Positions 25,310 to 34,410 of a stretch of 64,000 nucleotides of DNA are shown here, piece after piece (the stretch's first letter is position 1; each line of letters opens with the position of its first letter). The notes below the pieces were generated by a model, which was given only the letters and a program-made list of their open reading frames with translations, made no database searches and had not been told where the DNA came from. The DNA is from Candidatus Falkowbacteria bacterium. GTDB taxonomy: Bacteria; Patescibacteriota; Patescibacteriia; Patescibacteriales; UBA12465. The DNA is taken from NCBI GenBank assembly GCA_037137655.1, contig JBAXJX010000001.1, positions 225,188 to 289,187 of the forward strand, in the 5' to 3' direction. The translations under genes and the position numbers were made by a program.

Positions 25310-26002
25310 ATGAAAACAAAGTTAAACATCGAGGATTTGTTTAAAGCTGGGGCTCATTTTGGTCACCGTACTAATCGTTGGCACCCAAAAATGAAAGAAT
25401 ATATCCATTCTTCTAAGAAAGGTATTTATTTAATTGATTTGAACAAAACTCAAGATCAATTAGACGTTGCTTGTGATTACATCCAAAAATTAATCAAAGA
25501 AGATAAAAATGTTTTATTCGTAGGTACAAAAAATCAAGTTAAAAAACCAATGCGCGCTATGGCGGAAGAAACTGGTATGCCATATGTAGTCGGTAAATGG
25601 TTAGGTGGTTATATCACTAACTTCGCGGTAGTAAAAAAATCTATTAAAAAATACACTGATTTATTAGCTCAAAGAGAGAGCGGTCAATTAGAAAAATATA
25701 ATAAAAAAGAAAGATTAAATATCGATCGTGAGATCAAAAAATTAGAAGCTCGTGTTGGTGGTTTAGCCAACTTAAATAAATTGCCAGACGCTTTATTTGT
25801 TTGGGATTTAAAACAAGAAGAAATTGCTATCGAAGAGGCTCGTGCTAAGAACATCCCACTTATTGGTATTTGTGATACTAATGTTAATCCAGAATTATTG
25901 GATTACCCAATTCCAGCCAATGATGATTCTAGCAAGACTGTAAAATTGATCTTGGATCATGTGAAAGAGGCTATTTTAGAAGCCAAAAAAGAAAAGAAAT
26001 AA
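25310..26002 (+). CDS. rpsB: ribosomal protein uS2
   Basis: LFKAGAHFGHRTNRWHPKM signature. Confidence 0.95.
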   Translation: MKTKLNIEDLFKAGAHFGHRTNRWHPKMKEYIHSSKKGIYLIDLNKTQDQLDVACDYIQKLIKEDKNVLFVGTKNQVKKPMRAMAEETGMPYVVGKWLGGYITNFAVVKKSIKKYTDLLAQRESGQLEKYNKKERLNIDREIKKLEARVGGLANLNKLPDALFVWDLKQEEIAIEEARAKNIPLIGICDTNVNPELLDYPIPANDDSSKTVKLILDHVKEAILEAKKEKK

Positions 26003-26036
26003 TTATTAAAAAGTAAATAATTAATAATATAAAAAT

Positions 26037-26834
26037 ATGGAATTAATTAAAACTCTACGTGATCGCACCGGCGCTGGCATGGTGGAATGTAAAAAAGCTT
26101 TAGATGAATCTGGTAATGATATTGAAAAGGCGATTGAGATCTTGCGTAAGAAAGGTATTGCGAAAGCTGCTAAACGTGGTGATCGTGAAACTAGCGAAGG
26201 TATCGTTTTAGTAGCCGCCAATGATGATAATACTGAAGGTTATATCATGGAGTTGGATAGCGAAACTGATTTCGTGTCTCGTAATGATAAATTTCAATCA
26301 TTTGCCGCTGAAGCTATGTCTTTAATTAAAGCTAACAAACCAGCTTCTTTAGAAGCTTTATATGCCTTGAAAATGGCTGATGGTTTAGCTTTGAAAGAAT
26401 CTTTGGAAATTTTAAGTGGTACAATCGGTGAAAAATTAGAATTAAAACGTTTTGAAATAGTGAGTGGTGCGACTGTAGCAGCTTATTCTCATGCTGGTGG
26501 TCGAATTGGTGTTTTAGTTGTTTTAGATGCTGCCGGCAAAAAAGATTTAGCCGGTGATATCGCTATGCAAGTAGCAGCTGCTAATCCACGATATATAAAT
26601 TCAGACGAAGTTCCAGCTACTGAAATTGAAGCGGAAAAAGCAATTTACCGTGAACAATTAATTAAAGAAGGCAAACCAGAAGCAATGATTGAAAAAATTG
26701 CCGAAGGTAAGATTAACAAATTTTTCTCAGAAATTTGTTTGGCTAAACAAGAATTTATTAAAGACGATAAGCAAAGTGTGGAAGCTATTTTGGCTGGTAC
26801 AAAGATTGAAAAATTCGTGCGCTATTCTCTTTAA
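26037..26834 (+). CDS. tsf: elongation factor Ts
   Basis: IKTLRDRTGAGMVECKKAL UBA-like N-terminus. Follows rpsB. Confidence 0.95.
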   Translation: MELIKTLRDRTGAGMVECKKALDESGNDIEKAIEILRKKGIAKAAKRGDRETSEGIVLVAANDDNTEGYIMELDSETDFVSRNDKFQSFAAEAMSLIKANKPASLEALYALKMADGLALKESLEILSGTIGEKLELKRFEIVSGATVAAYSHAGGRIGVLVVLDAAGKKDLAGDIAMQVAAANPRYINSDEVPATEIEAEKAIYREQLIKEGKPEAMIEKIAEGKINKFFSEICLAKQEFIKDDKQSVEAILAGTKIEKFVRYSL

Positions 26835-26850
26835 TTACTCACTTTAAATT

Positions 26851-27663
26851 ATGAAAATTGTTCAAGTGCAGTTTGCGCCCTGGGACAAGAAATATAACTT
26901 TTCTCCGGCTGGTTTAGATTTGTCCGTGGGTGATGATGTTATTGTTGACACTGAATTTGGTTTGGAATTTGGCAAGGTGGCTGGTTTTAGTGAGGTTAGC
27001 TCAGAAGAAGCCGAAACTATTAAGCCGGTTGTGCGCAAAGCGGCTGTCGCTGATTACGAAAAAATAAGCAACGCTAATCGCAAAGAAGAGGTCATGGATT
27101 ATTGTCATCAGTTAATTCTTAACTATGAGCTGCCAATGAAATTGGTGGATGTTCATTTTTCTTTATCTGGTAACAAAATTAATTTTGCTTTCGCTTCTGA
27201 TGGTCGTGTTGATTTTCGGCAATTAGTTAAAGACTTAACTGTCCATTTTAATTCTGGTATTCGTTTGACTCAAATCGGTAGTCGAGATGAGGCGCGTATT
27301 TCCGGTGATTGTGGTCATTGTGGTCGTGAACTTTGTTGTAAGAAATTTATTAAAGATTTTTCTTCTATTAGTTCGGAGATGGCTGAAGCACAACAAGTTG
27401 TGCATCGCGGTAGTGATCGGATCTCTGGTCAATGTGGCCGTTTGATGTGCTGCTTGCAATATGAGTACGAAGGTTATCAAGATTTGGCGAAAAAGTTACC
27501 ACCACTTGGGGCTCGTGTTAACGTTGATGGTCGGCGCGGTGAAGTGCTTAGTCATCACGTTTTGAAGCAGTCGGTGAGTGTTAAATTCCCAGGTGATCGC
27601 GGTGAAGGTTACACGATTGTTGAGGTTGACCTTAATCGTCATAATAAGCCTAAAAAAGAATAG
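26851..27663 (+). CDS. PSP1-domain protein (YaaT/RicT-like)
   Basis: PSP1 C-terminal domain pattern with the Cys cluster (CGHCGRELCCKKF ... GQCGRLMCCLQYE). Confidence 0.8.
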   Translation: MKIVQVQFAPWDKKYNFSPAGLDLSVGDDVIVDTEFGLEFGKVAGFSEVSSEEAETIKPVVRKAAVADYEKISNANRKEEVMDYCHQLILNYELPMKLVDVHFSLSGNKINFAFASDGRVDFRQLVKDLTVHFNSGIRLTQIGSRDEARISGDCGHCGRELCCKKFIKDFSSISSEMAEAQQVVHRGSDRISGQCGRLMCCLQYEYEGYQDLAKKLPPLGARVNVDGRRGEVLSHHVLKQSVSVKFPGDRGEGYTIVEVDLNRHNKPKKE

Positions 27664-27677
27664 TTGATATATTGGTA

Positions 27678-27705
27678 AAAGAGCGTCTAAAAACGCTCTT
27701 TTATT
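27678..27705 (+). terminator. intrinsic terminator
   Basis: AAAGAGCG-8 nt-CGCTCTTT followed by TATT. Confidence 0.6.
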
Positions 27706-27710
27706 GTAAT

Positions 27711-27739
27711 TTGACTAGCAGCGCCACTTAGGGTAATAT
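27711..27739 (+). promoter_or_regulatory. sigma70-type promoter for mreB
   Basis: TTGACT (27711-27716)-N17-TAATAT (27734-27739). Confidence 0.55.
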
Positions 27740-27772
27740 TATAGTATTATTTGATATAATTTCATAAAAACT

Positions 27773-28786
27773 ATGTTCGCAAAACGCATTGGAATTGATC
27801 TCGGAACAACTTATACTTTGGTTTATCTACCGAAACGCGGCGTGGTTATTAATGAACCTAGTGTTGTGGCGGTTTCCAAGGATGATCGTAAAATTTTAGC
27901 TGTCGGTAATGAAGCGAAAGATATGTTAGGTCGCACGCCGGATACGATTGTAGCTTTAAAACCATTGAAAGATGGTGTGATTGCTGATTACAAAACAACT
28001 GAAGCGATGTTGCGTTATTTTATTAATAAAACTTTAGGCGGTATGCGTATTTTTCGTCCGGAAGTTATGGTGGCGGTGCCAGCTGGTATTTCCTCAACGG
28101 AACGACGTGCGGTAATTGAAGCGACTATTGCGGCTGGAGCTAAAGCAGCTTACATTATTAAAGAACCGGTAGCAGCGGCGATTGGGGCTGATATTCCGAT
28201 TTCTTCAGCAACTGGTCATATGATTATTGATATTGGCGGCGGCACAGCGGAAATGGCCGTGATCTCTTTGGGTGGTGTCGTGGCCTCAACTTCAGTTCGG
28301 GTTGGTGGCGAAAAATTTGATTTAGCGATTTTGGAATATATAAAAAAGAAGCACGGTTTAATGATTGGTGAACGCACTGCAGAAGAAATTAAAATTAAAG
28401 TTGGCTCCGCTTTATTTTTACCAGATGAAGAACGATTAAGCATGGAAATAAACGGTCGCGATATGGTTTCTGGTTTGCCAAAAACTTTAACTATTACTAG
28501 TGATGATGTGACTGAGGCGATTCAAAATGAACTTGAAGAAATAATCAGTGCGACAAAAAGAATTTTACAAAAAACTCCACCGGAATTGGTGGCGGATATT
28601 ATTGAAAAGGGAATTGTGATTTCTGGCGGCAGTGCACTTTTACGGCATATTGACCAACTTTTCTCCCGGGCTATTGGTGTTGCGGCTTATATCGCCGACG
28701 ATCCAATGTTGTGCGTAGCTAAGGGAACTGGAATTGCTTTAGATAATTTAGATTCATATAAACGCAGTATTTTAGCGACAAAATAA
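27773..28786 (+). CDS. mreB: rod-shape protein MreB
   Basis: Actin-fold motifs GIDLGTTYT and IDIGGGTAE, MreB-like over the full length. Confidence 0.95.
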   Translation: MFAKRIGIDLGTTYTLVYLPKRGVVINEPSVVAVSKDDRKILAVGNEAKDMLGRTPDTIVALKPLKDGVIADYKTTEAMLRYFINKTLGGMRIFRPEVMVAVPAGISSTERRAVIEATIAAGAKAAYIIKEPVAAAIGADIPISSATGHMIIDIGGGTAEMAVISLGGVVASTSVRVGGEKFDLAILEYIKKKHGLMIGERTAEEIKIKVGSALFLPDEERLSMEINGRDMVSGLPKTLTITSDDVTEAIQNELEEIISATKRILQKTPPELVADIIEKGIVISGGSALLRHIDQLFSRAIGVAAYIADDPMLCVAKGTGIALDNLDSYKRSILATK

Positions 28787-28790
28787 ATAT

Positions 28791-30014
28791 ATGAAAATTG
28801 GCATTGATGCCTCGCGCGCCAATAAATGCTACAAGACTGGAACTGAATGGTATTCTTATTATTTGATTAGGGAATTAGCGGAAATTGATAAAAAGAATAC
28901 TTACTGGCTTTATTCCGATACTCCACTTGTGGGCGGTTTGGATGACCTGGTAAAAAAGAATAAGAATTTTAAGGCTAAGATTTTGCACTGGCCTTTTTCT
29001 GGTTTTTGGAGCTTAGGTCGTTTGTCACTGGAGATGCTAAAATTTTGGTCCCGACCAAATGTTTTATTTGTGCCTGCCCATTCTTTACCATTTTTTTGTC
29101 CGCGCAAAACAATTACTACAGTTCATGACATTGCTTATATCAGCGACAGTAGTTCTTATGAAAAGCCAAAGTTTTTCCAAAAAAATAAGTTTTTAGGTCG
29201 ATTATTTTCGGCATATCTTAAAATTCATTTCTTTTTAAAGCGCCGTCAAATCCACCGCGCCCCAACTGATTATATCGATTGGGCCACTGAATCATCTTTG
29301 CGTCGCGCCAAAAGAGTAATTACGGTTTCACAGCAAAGTAAGAAAGAAATCATGGACGTTTATAAAACAGCCGCAGATAAAATCTCGGTAATTTATAATG
29401 GTTATAATGACAGCCTTTACCGGAAGATAAATGATCGTGTGGCGATTGATAAGGTGCTTGAAAAATATGGCCTTGGTTCCGATTTTATACTATATGTCGG
29501 ACGTCTGGAAAAGAAAAAGAATATTGCTGCCATGATTGAAGCCTTTGCTTTGTTACGCGAAAAGCGGTTGGATATTAAAACTAAATTGGTTTTAGTGGGT
29601 GCGGCTGGTTTTGGTTACGATCAAATTAAATATACCGTGGAGGAATACAACTTGAATGCTGAGGTTGTTGCTTTGGGTTGGGTAGAAGAGGTTGATATGC
29701 CTTATTTGTATAATGGCGCCAAAGCTTTTATTTTTCCGTCACGCCATGAAGGTTTTGGTATTCCAATTATTCAAGCCATGGCTTGCGGTGTGCCAAGTGC
29801 GGTGTCTGATATTCCGGTTTTTCATGAAGTGGCTGATGACAGTGTCTTATATTTTGATAAGGATGATAAAAACGACATGGCCGTTAAAATGTTTACGATC
29901 TTAAACGATGAGGAATTACGGGTAGAATTAATTGCTAAAGCTGATAAATTGGTTAAGAATTTTTCCTGGAAGAAGTGCGCACGCGAGACGCTAGAGCTGA
30001 TTGAGAAAATGTAA
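28791..30014 (+). CDS. glycosyltransferase family 4
   Basis: C-terminal EGFGIPIIQAMACGVP (E-x7-E GT4 motif). Confidence 0.85.
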   Translation: MKIGIDASRANKCYKTGTEWYSYYLIRELAEIDKKNTYWLYSDTPLVGGLDDLVKKNKNFKAKILHWPFSGFWSLGRLSLEMLKFWSRPNVLFVPAHSLPFFCPRKTITTVHDIAYISDSSSYEKPKFFQKNKFLGRLFSAYLKIHFFLKRRQIHRAPTDYIDWATESSLRRAKRVITVSQQSKKEIMDVYKTAADKISVIYNGYNDSLYRKINDRVAIDKVLEKYGLGSDFILYVGRLEKKKNIAAMIEAFALLREKRLDIKTKLVLVGAAGFGYDQIKYTVEEYNLNAEVVALGWVEEVDMPYLYNGAKAFIFPSRHEGFGIPIIQAMACGVPSAVSDIPVFHEVADDSVLYFDKDDKNDMAVKMFTILNDEELRVELIAKADKLVKNFSWKKCARETLELIEKM

Positions 30015-30015
30015 T

Positions 30016-30045
30016 TTGATTTTTTAAATATAGACGTGCTAAAAT
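30016..30045 (+). promoter_or_regulatory. weak candidate promoter for the S8 protease gene
   Basis: TTGATT-N18-TGcTAAAAT. Confidence 0.3.
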
Positions 30046-30054
30046 ATAGATATT

Positions 30055-32133
30055 ATGAAGAAAATAATATCTTTTTTTGTATTCGGACTAACATTAGCAA
30101 TTCCTTTCACCTCGGCCCTCGCCGCGGTTTTTCCGAGTGATTCTTACTACTCTAATCAATGGTATTTGGAAAAAATTGGGGCTAACATCGCTTGGGATAA
30201 AATCACTGCTACACCCGACATAACTATAGCCGTGATCGATTCTGGCGTAGCTATTAAACACCCGGATTTGAAAAAAAATATTTGGAAAAATACTAAGGAA
30301 ATTCCAGGTAATGGCATCGATGATGATCATAACGGTTTTATTGATGATGTTTCCGGCTGGGATTTTGTTACTAATACAGCCGATCCAAACCCTAAAACAT
30401 CAATTGATGCGACGCCGACCGCTTTGTCTCATGGAACTATTGTGTCTGGTATTATTGGGGCGGTGGGTGATAATTCTTACGGCATCACCGGTGTGACTTG
30501 GAATGTGAAAATAATGCCACTGCGCGCTTTGAATGAAAAAGGTGAGGGGCGTGTGAGTGATGTTATTAAAGCAATTGATTATGCGATTAAAAATAAGGCC
30601 GATATTATTAATTTAAGTTTCACTGGTTTTTCCTATAGCGAGTCTTTACGGGAAGCTTTGATGAGAGCTTATAACGCCGGTGTTTTAGTAACAGCCGCGG
30701 CTGGTAATGATGAAACCGTGACTAGTGATGGTTATAGTACTGATAAAACTCCAATTTATCCGGCTTGCTATCAAGGTAATAATGGTGAAAAATTAGTGAT
30801 TGGGGTGGCAGCGACTGATCAAATTGATGAGAAGGCGCCTTTTTCTAGTCATGGTCATCAATGTATCGATTTGACGGCGCCTGGTGTGGGTTTTTTTGGT
30901 ACCATGGCTCGGGGCTTTGGTTTTGATAATGAAAAGTATCGCGGTTATTTTGATGGTTATTGGTCCGGCACTTCTATGGCCACGCCACTGGTTTCTGGAG
31001 CCTTAGCTTTAATTAAAGAGGCTAATCCGAACTTAAGTCACGATGATATTATTAAAATTCTTTTACGGAGCACGGATAATATTGATAAAGCCAATCCAAA
31101 TTATATTGGTCAACTCGGGGTTGGTCGCTTAAATGTTGGCACAGCGGTTAATTGGGCATTTGATAAGCTTAATGATTTTACTGGGCAGATAATTATTTCA
31201 CCGTACTATAGTGGTAACAACGTTAATCGTTTTGAATCTCATCTTAATAAAATTAAACTGACACAAGCTAATGGTACTACGTCTATGGCTGATTTTAATG
31301 TGTCCAGTATAAAAACTAATTCGGATATTAGTGTGGCTGGAGTTGATCTTGCGGGTGATGGTAATGACGCAATTGCCGTTGGCAGTCCCAAGGGTGAAGC
31401 GCCGAGTGTTTCTATTTTTTCCCGCTATGGAAAACTAAAGAAGAAATTTTCTGTGTTTACTAAAAAATATTTGGGCGGTGTTAGTGTGTCTAATATTGAT
31501 ATTAATGGTGATGGTAAAAGTGAAATTATGGTTGCGCCTTTAGGTGGTTACCAACCTTTAATCCAGATTTATGATGCTAGCGGAAAATTAAAAAAAGAAT
31601 TCTTGGCTTACGACAAAACTTTTACCAAGGGAATTAGTGTGGCCGCTGGTGATGTTGATGGTGACGGCAAAGTAGAGATTGTGGCTGCTCCGGGGATTGG
31701 CGGTGGACCACACATTAAAGTGTTTGATACTAACGGTAAATTGGAAAGTCAGTTTATGGCTTATGATAAAAATTTTCGTGGTGGTGTAAAAATCGCCGTC
31801 GGTAACGTTGATGGTCGCGTTAATGGTAGTCGCGCGGAAATAATTACGGCGCCACAAAGCGCGCTTAAACCGCAAGTGAATGTGTTCGACAGTTTTGGTA
31901 ATCTGAAAAAAACATTTTTGGCTTACGATAATAAATTTACCAATGGTCTAAGTTTGGCGGTCGGTGATTTGAATAATGACGGTTCGGTGGAAATTATTAC
32001 CGGAGTGAGTGCTGGTGGCGCTCCGCATGTCCGTGTCTTTAAAGGTGATGGGGAAATGCTGCAATCTTTTTACGCTTATCCGGAAACATTTTCTAGCGGC
32101 GTGAATGTCGGCTATGTCAGTTTTGTAAACTAA
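30055..32133 (+). CDS. secreted subtilisin-like S8 protease with C-terminal FG-GAP/VCBS beta-propeller repeats
   Basis: Signal peptide, a D/H/S triad (AVIDSGV, HGTIVSG, GTSMATP), then about 6 tandem ~55-65-aa repeats with D-x-[ND]-G-D-G-x-x-E-I motifs. Confidence 0.9.
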   Translation: MKKIISFFVFGLTLAIPFTSALAAVFPSDSYYSNQWYLEKIGANIAWDKITATPDITIAVIDSGVAIKHPDLKKNIWKNTKEIPGNGIDDDHNGFIDDVSGWDFVTNTADPNPKTSIDATPTALSHGTIVSGIIGAVGDNSYGITGVTWNVKIMPLRALNEKGEGRVSDVIKAIDYAIKNKADIINLSFTGFSYSESLREALMRAYNAGVLVTAAAGNDETVTSDGYSTDKTPIYPACYQGNNGEKLVIGVAATDQIDEKAPFSSHGHQCIDLTAPGVGFFGTMARGFGFDNEKYRGYFDGYWSGTSMATPLVSGALALIKEANPNLSHDDIIKILLRSTDNIDKANPNYIGQLGVGRLNVGTAVNWAFDKLNDFTGQIIISPYYSGNNVNRFESHLNKIKLTQANGTTSMADFNVSSIKTNSDISVAGVDLAGDGNDAIAVGSPKGEAPSVSIFSRYGKLKKKFSVFTKKYLGGVSVSNIDINGDGKSEIMVAPLGGYQPLIQIYDASGKLKKEFLAYDKTFTKGISVAAGDVDGDGKVEIVAAPGIGGGPHIKVFDTNGKLESQFMAYDKNFRGGVKIAVGNVDGRVNGSRAEIITAPQSALKPQVNVFDSFGNLKKTFLAYDNKFTNGLSLAVGDLNNDGSVEIITGVSAGGAPHVRVFKGDGEMLQSFYAYPETFSSGVNVGYVSFVN

Positions 32134-32138
32134 TAAAA

Positions 32139-32167
32139 TTGCCACTTTTTCCACTTTTTGCTATAAT
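32139..32167 (+). promoter_or_regulatory. sigma70-type promoter for the UXS-like gene
   Basis: TTGCCA (32139-32144)-N17-TATAAT (32162-32167). Confidence 0.5.
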
Positions 32168-32197
32168 TAAGCTATTGATATATTAATTTTTAAGTTT

Positions 32198-33214
32198 ATG
32201 CCTAAAGTTATATTTGATAAAAAGAATGTCCTCGTGACCGGCGGTGCTGGTTTTATTGGTTCACATTTATGCGAAGAATTGATGGAAACTTCTAAGGTGA
32301 TTTGTGTGGACAATTTTTGTACGAGCGTTGAGAGTAATATTGACCATTTATTGCACAACCCTGATTTTGTTTTTATTAATCATGATATGAGCGAGCCACT
32401 TGATTTGGAGGCTTTACCAGAATTAAAAAAGTTTAAAATCGCTTTTCAAGGTATTCAAGAAGTTTATAATTTTGCTTGTCCGATGTCGACCAAGAACTTT
32501 GAGGCTAACCGTTTTGCGACTTTGTTAGCTAATTCCTATGCTGTTAAAAATGCTTTAGATATTGCTGTTAAATATGGCGCTAAATTTCTACACGCTTCAT
32601 CTTCGGTAATCTACGGTTTGCGTAGTGATGGTATTGACGGAAAAATTAAAGAGGATTTTAAAGGTGTTGTTGATGTTTTATCTAGTCGGGCTTGTTATGA
32701 CGAAGGGAAGCGCTTTGCCGAAACTCTAGTTAATGATTATCGTCGCCTATTTACATTAGACACTAAGGTTATCAGAATTTTCCGCACTTTCGGACCACGC
32801 ATGCCGCTTAATGATGATCAAATGATCCCAGACTTTATTAATAACGCCTTAGACAACCAAGATTTAACTATTTTGGGTGATGAGAATTTTTCTTCCTCAT
32901 TTTGTTATGTGAGCGACGTCGTTGATGCCACACTAAAAATGATGGATAGTGCCATGTCTGGCCCAGTTAATATTGGTGCCGAAGAAGATGTGAAAATTGT
33001 TGATATCGCTAAATTTATTATTGAAGAAACTAAAGCGACCTCCAAGATTGTCTTCGCGGAGAAAGTTTTGTTTATGGCTGATTTGCCTTTGCCAGATATT
33101 TTTGTGGCCCGCAACGAACTTGGTTGGATGCCGGTGATGACACTAAAAAATGGTCTAAAGAAAACCATTTTTGATCTTCAAGCGAAGAAGCAGGTAAGAG
33201 GATTTGGTGCTTAA
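32198..33214 (+). CDS. UDP-glucuronate decarboxylase-like SDR (UXS family)
   Basis: VTGGAGFIGSHLCEEL and CYDEGKRFAETL are typical of UXS/ArnA-decarboxylase-type enzymes. Confidence 0.75.
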   Translation: MPKVIFDKKNVLVTGGAGFIGSHLCEELMETSKVICVDNFCTSVESNIDHLLHNPDFVFINHDMSEPLDLEALPELKKFKIAFQGIQEVYNFACPMSTKNFEANRFATLLANSYAVKNALDIAVKYGAKFLHASSSVIYGLRSDGIDGKIKEDFKGVVDVLSSRACYDEGKRFAETLVNDYRRLFTLDTKVIRIFRTFGPRMPLNDDQMIPDFINNALDNQDLTILGDENFSSSFCYVSDVVDATLKMMDSAMSGPVNIGAEEDVKIVDIAKFIIEETKATSKIVFAEKVLFMADLPLPDIFVARNELGWMPVMTLKNGLKKTIFDLQAKKQVRGFGA

Positions 33215-33229
33215 TTACTTATTAATTGT

Positions 33230-34360
33230 TTATAAATTTTTGAGGAGTGAAACGAGGTAGCTTTGCGGCGCCTCGTTTTTTGTTTGGGTAATTTTAAAAT
33301 CATTATGATGATTGGCAAAATATTCAATTTCGCCTTTTAAATCTTCTTTGTCACCAGCTCGGAAAAGTAGTCCGCCATATTTTCGGGAGAGTTCGGGAAT
33401 GCCGCCAATATTGGAGCCGATAAAGGAGGTTTTAACGCTTAAGGCTTCATAGATAACTGTCGGGGAGTTTTCATAGCACAATGATGGCACAATCACAGCA
33501 TTAGCACTCGCCATAGCCGCTAAAACCTCATCCTTGGCACGTTTACCGAGATAAGTGATTCGTTTGTCATTCTTAATTATTTCTTTCAATTCGGCGCGCA
33601 AGGAGCCATCACCAATAATAGTTAAGGTAATAAAAGGATTAACGATTGCTTTGAAGGTTTCGGCTAAAAAAAGTGCGCCTTTATGTTTTTCAATTTGACC
33701 TACGTATAAAAAATTGGTAATTTCGCCATCAACTTTGTCGGTGGTGATAGCAGTAGCATCTTTTGTTTTTACCGGATTTTCCAAGACCACTTTCTTACTG
33801 TTAAGAAAGAAGGCTTTTTGGGTGTATAAATCTAACAACCAATGAGATGGGGCGACGACCAGTTCAGGTGTGGCAAATAATTGGCGGGTAAAATATTGAT
33901 AAAGTTTGGCGCCCAGGGAATCAATAATTTTTTCTTCCCCAAAATACATTAAGCCACTAGGATGTAAAAGTTGGATGTCATGGAGAATTTGAATGTTTCT
34001 GATTTTTAATTTTTGACACAAGTAAGGCAAGAAAAAACCGAGCCCCATAATATTGTTGGAGATAACTAGGTCAATTTTATTTTTCTGCAAGATGTTTTTA
34101 ATTTGGTAATACTTGCGTAAATTAAAGAGATTATTAATTTGCCATAAAGCTCGAAACAGGAGTGATTTTTGGCCAAGATTATAATAAGATGACTTTAAAT
34201 AATAAGTGTTGTCTAAAAAATAACTTTTATCCGGCGCCGTGCTAATAACAAAAACTTGATGACCAAGAGCGCTGGCTTGTTTTACAATTTCCTCGGCGAC
34301 AGCTTCAGCGCCACCGCGATTATAAGGTTTGTATAAGTTGTTGATAACGGCAATGCGCAT
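33230..34360 (-). CDS. glycosyltransferase family 4
   Basis: GT-B pattern with YENSPTVIYEALSVKTSFIGSNIGGIPEL. Confidence 0.8.
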   Translation of the reverse strand: MRIAVINNLYKPYNRGGAEAVAEEIVKQASALGHQVFVISTAPDKSYFLDNTYYLKSSYYNLGQKSLLFRALWQINNLFNLRKYYQIKNILQKNKIDLVISNNIMGLGFFLPYLCQKLKIRNIQILHDIQLLHPSGLMYFGEEKIIDSLGAKLYQYFTRQLFATPELVVAPSHWLLDLYTQKAFFLNSKKVVLENPVKTKDATAITTDKVDGEITNFLYVGQIEKHKGALFLAETFKAIVNPFITLTIIGDGSLRAELKEIIKNDKRITYLGKRAKDEVLAAMASANAVIVPSLCYENSPTVIYEALSVKTSFIGSNIGGIPELSRKYGGLLFRAGDKEDLKGEIEYFANHHNDFKITQTKNEAPQSYLVSLLKNL

Positions 34361-34410
34361 AAAATGTGTTGATATTGTCTATTTAAGTGATTTTCTGCTA
34401 TATTTATAGT

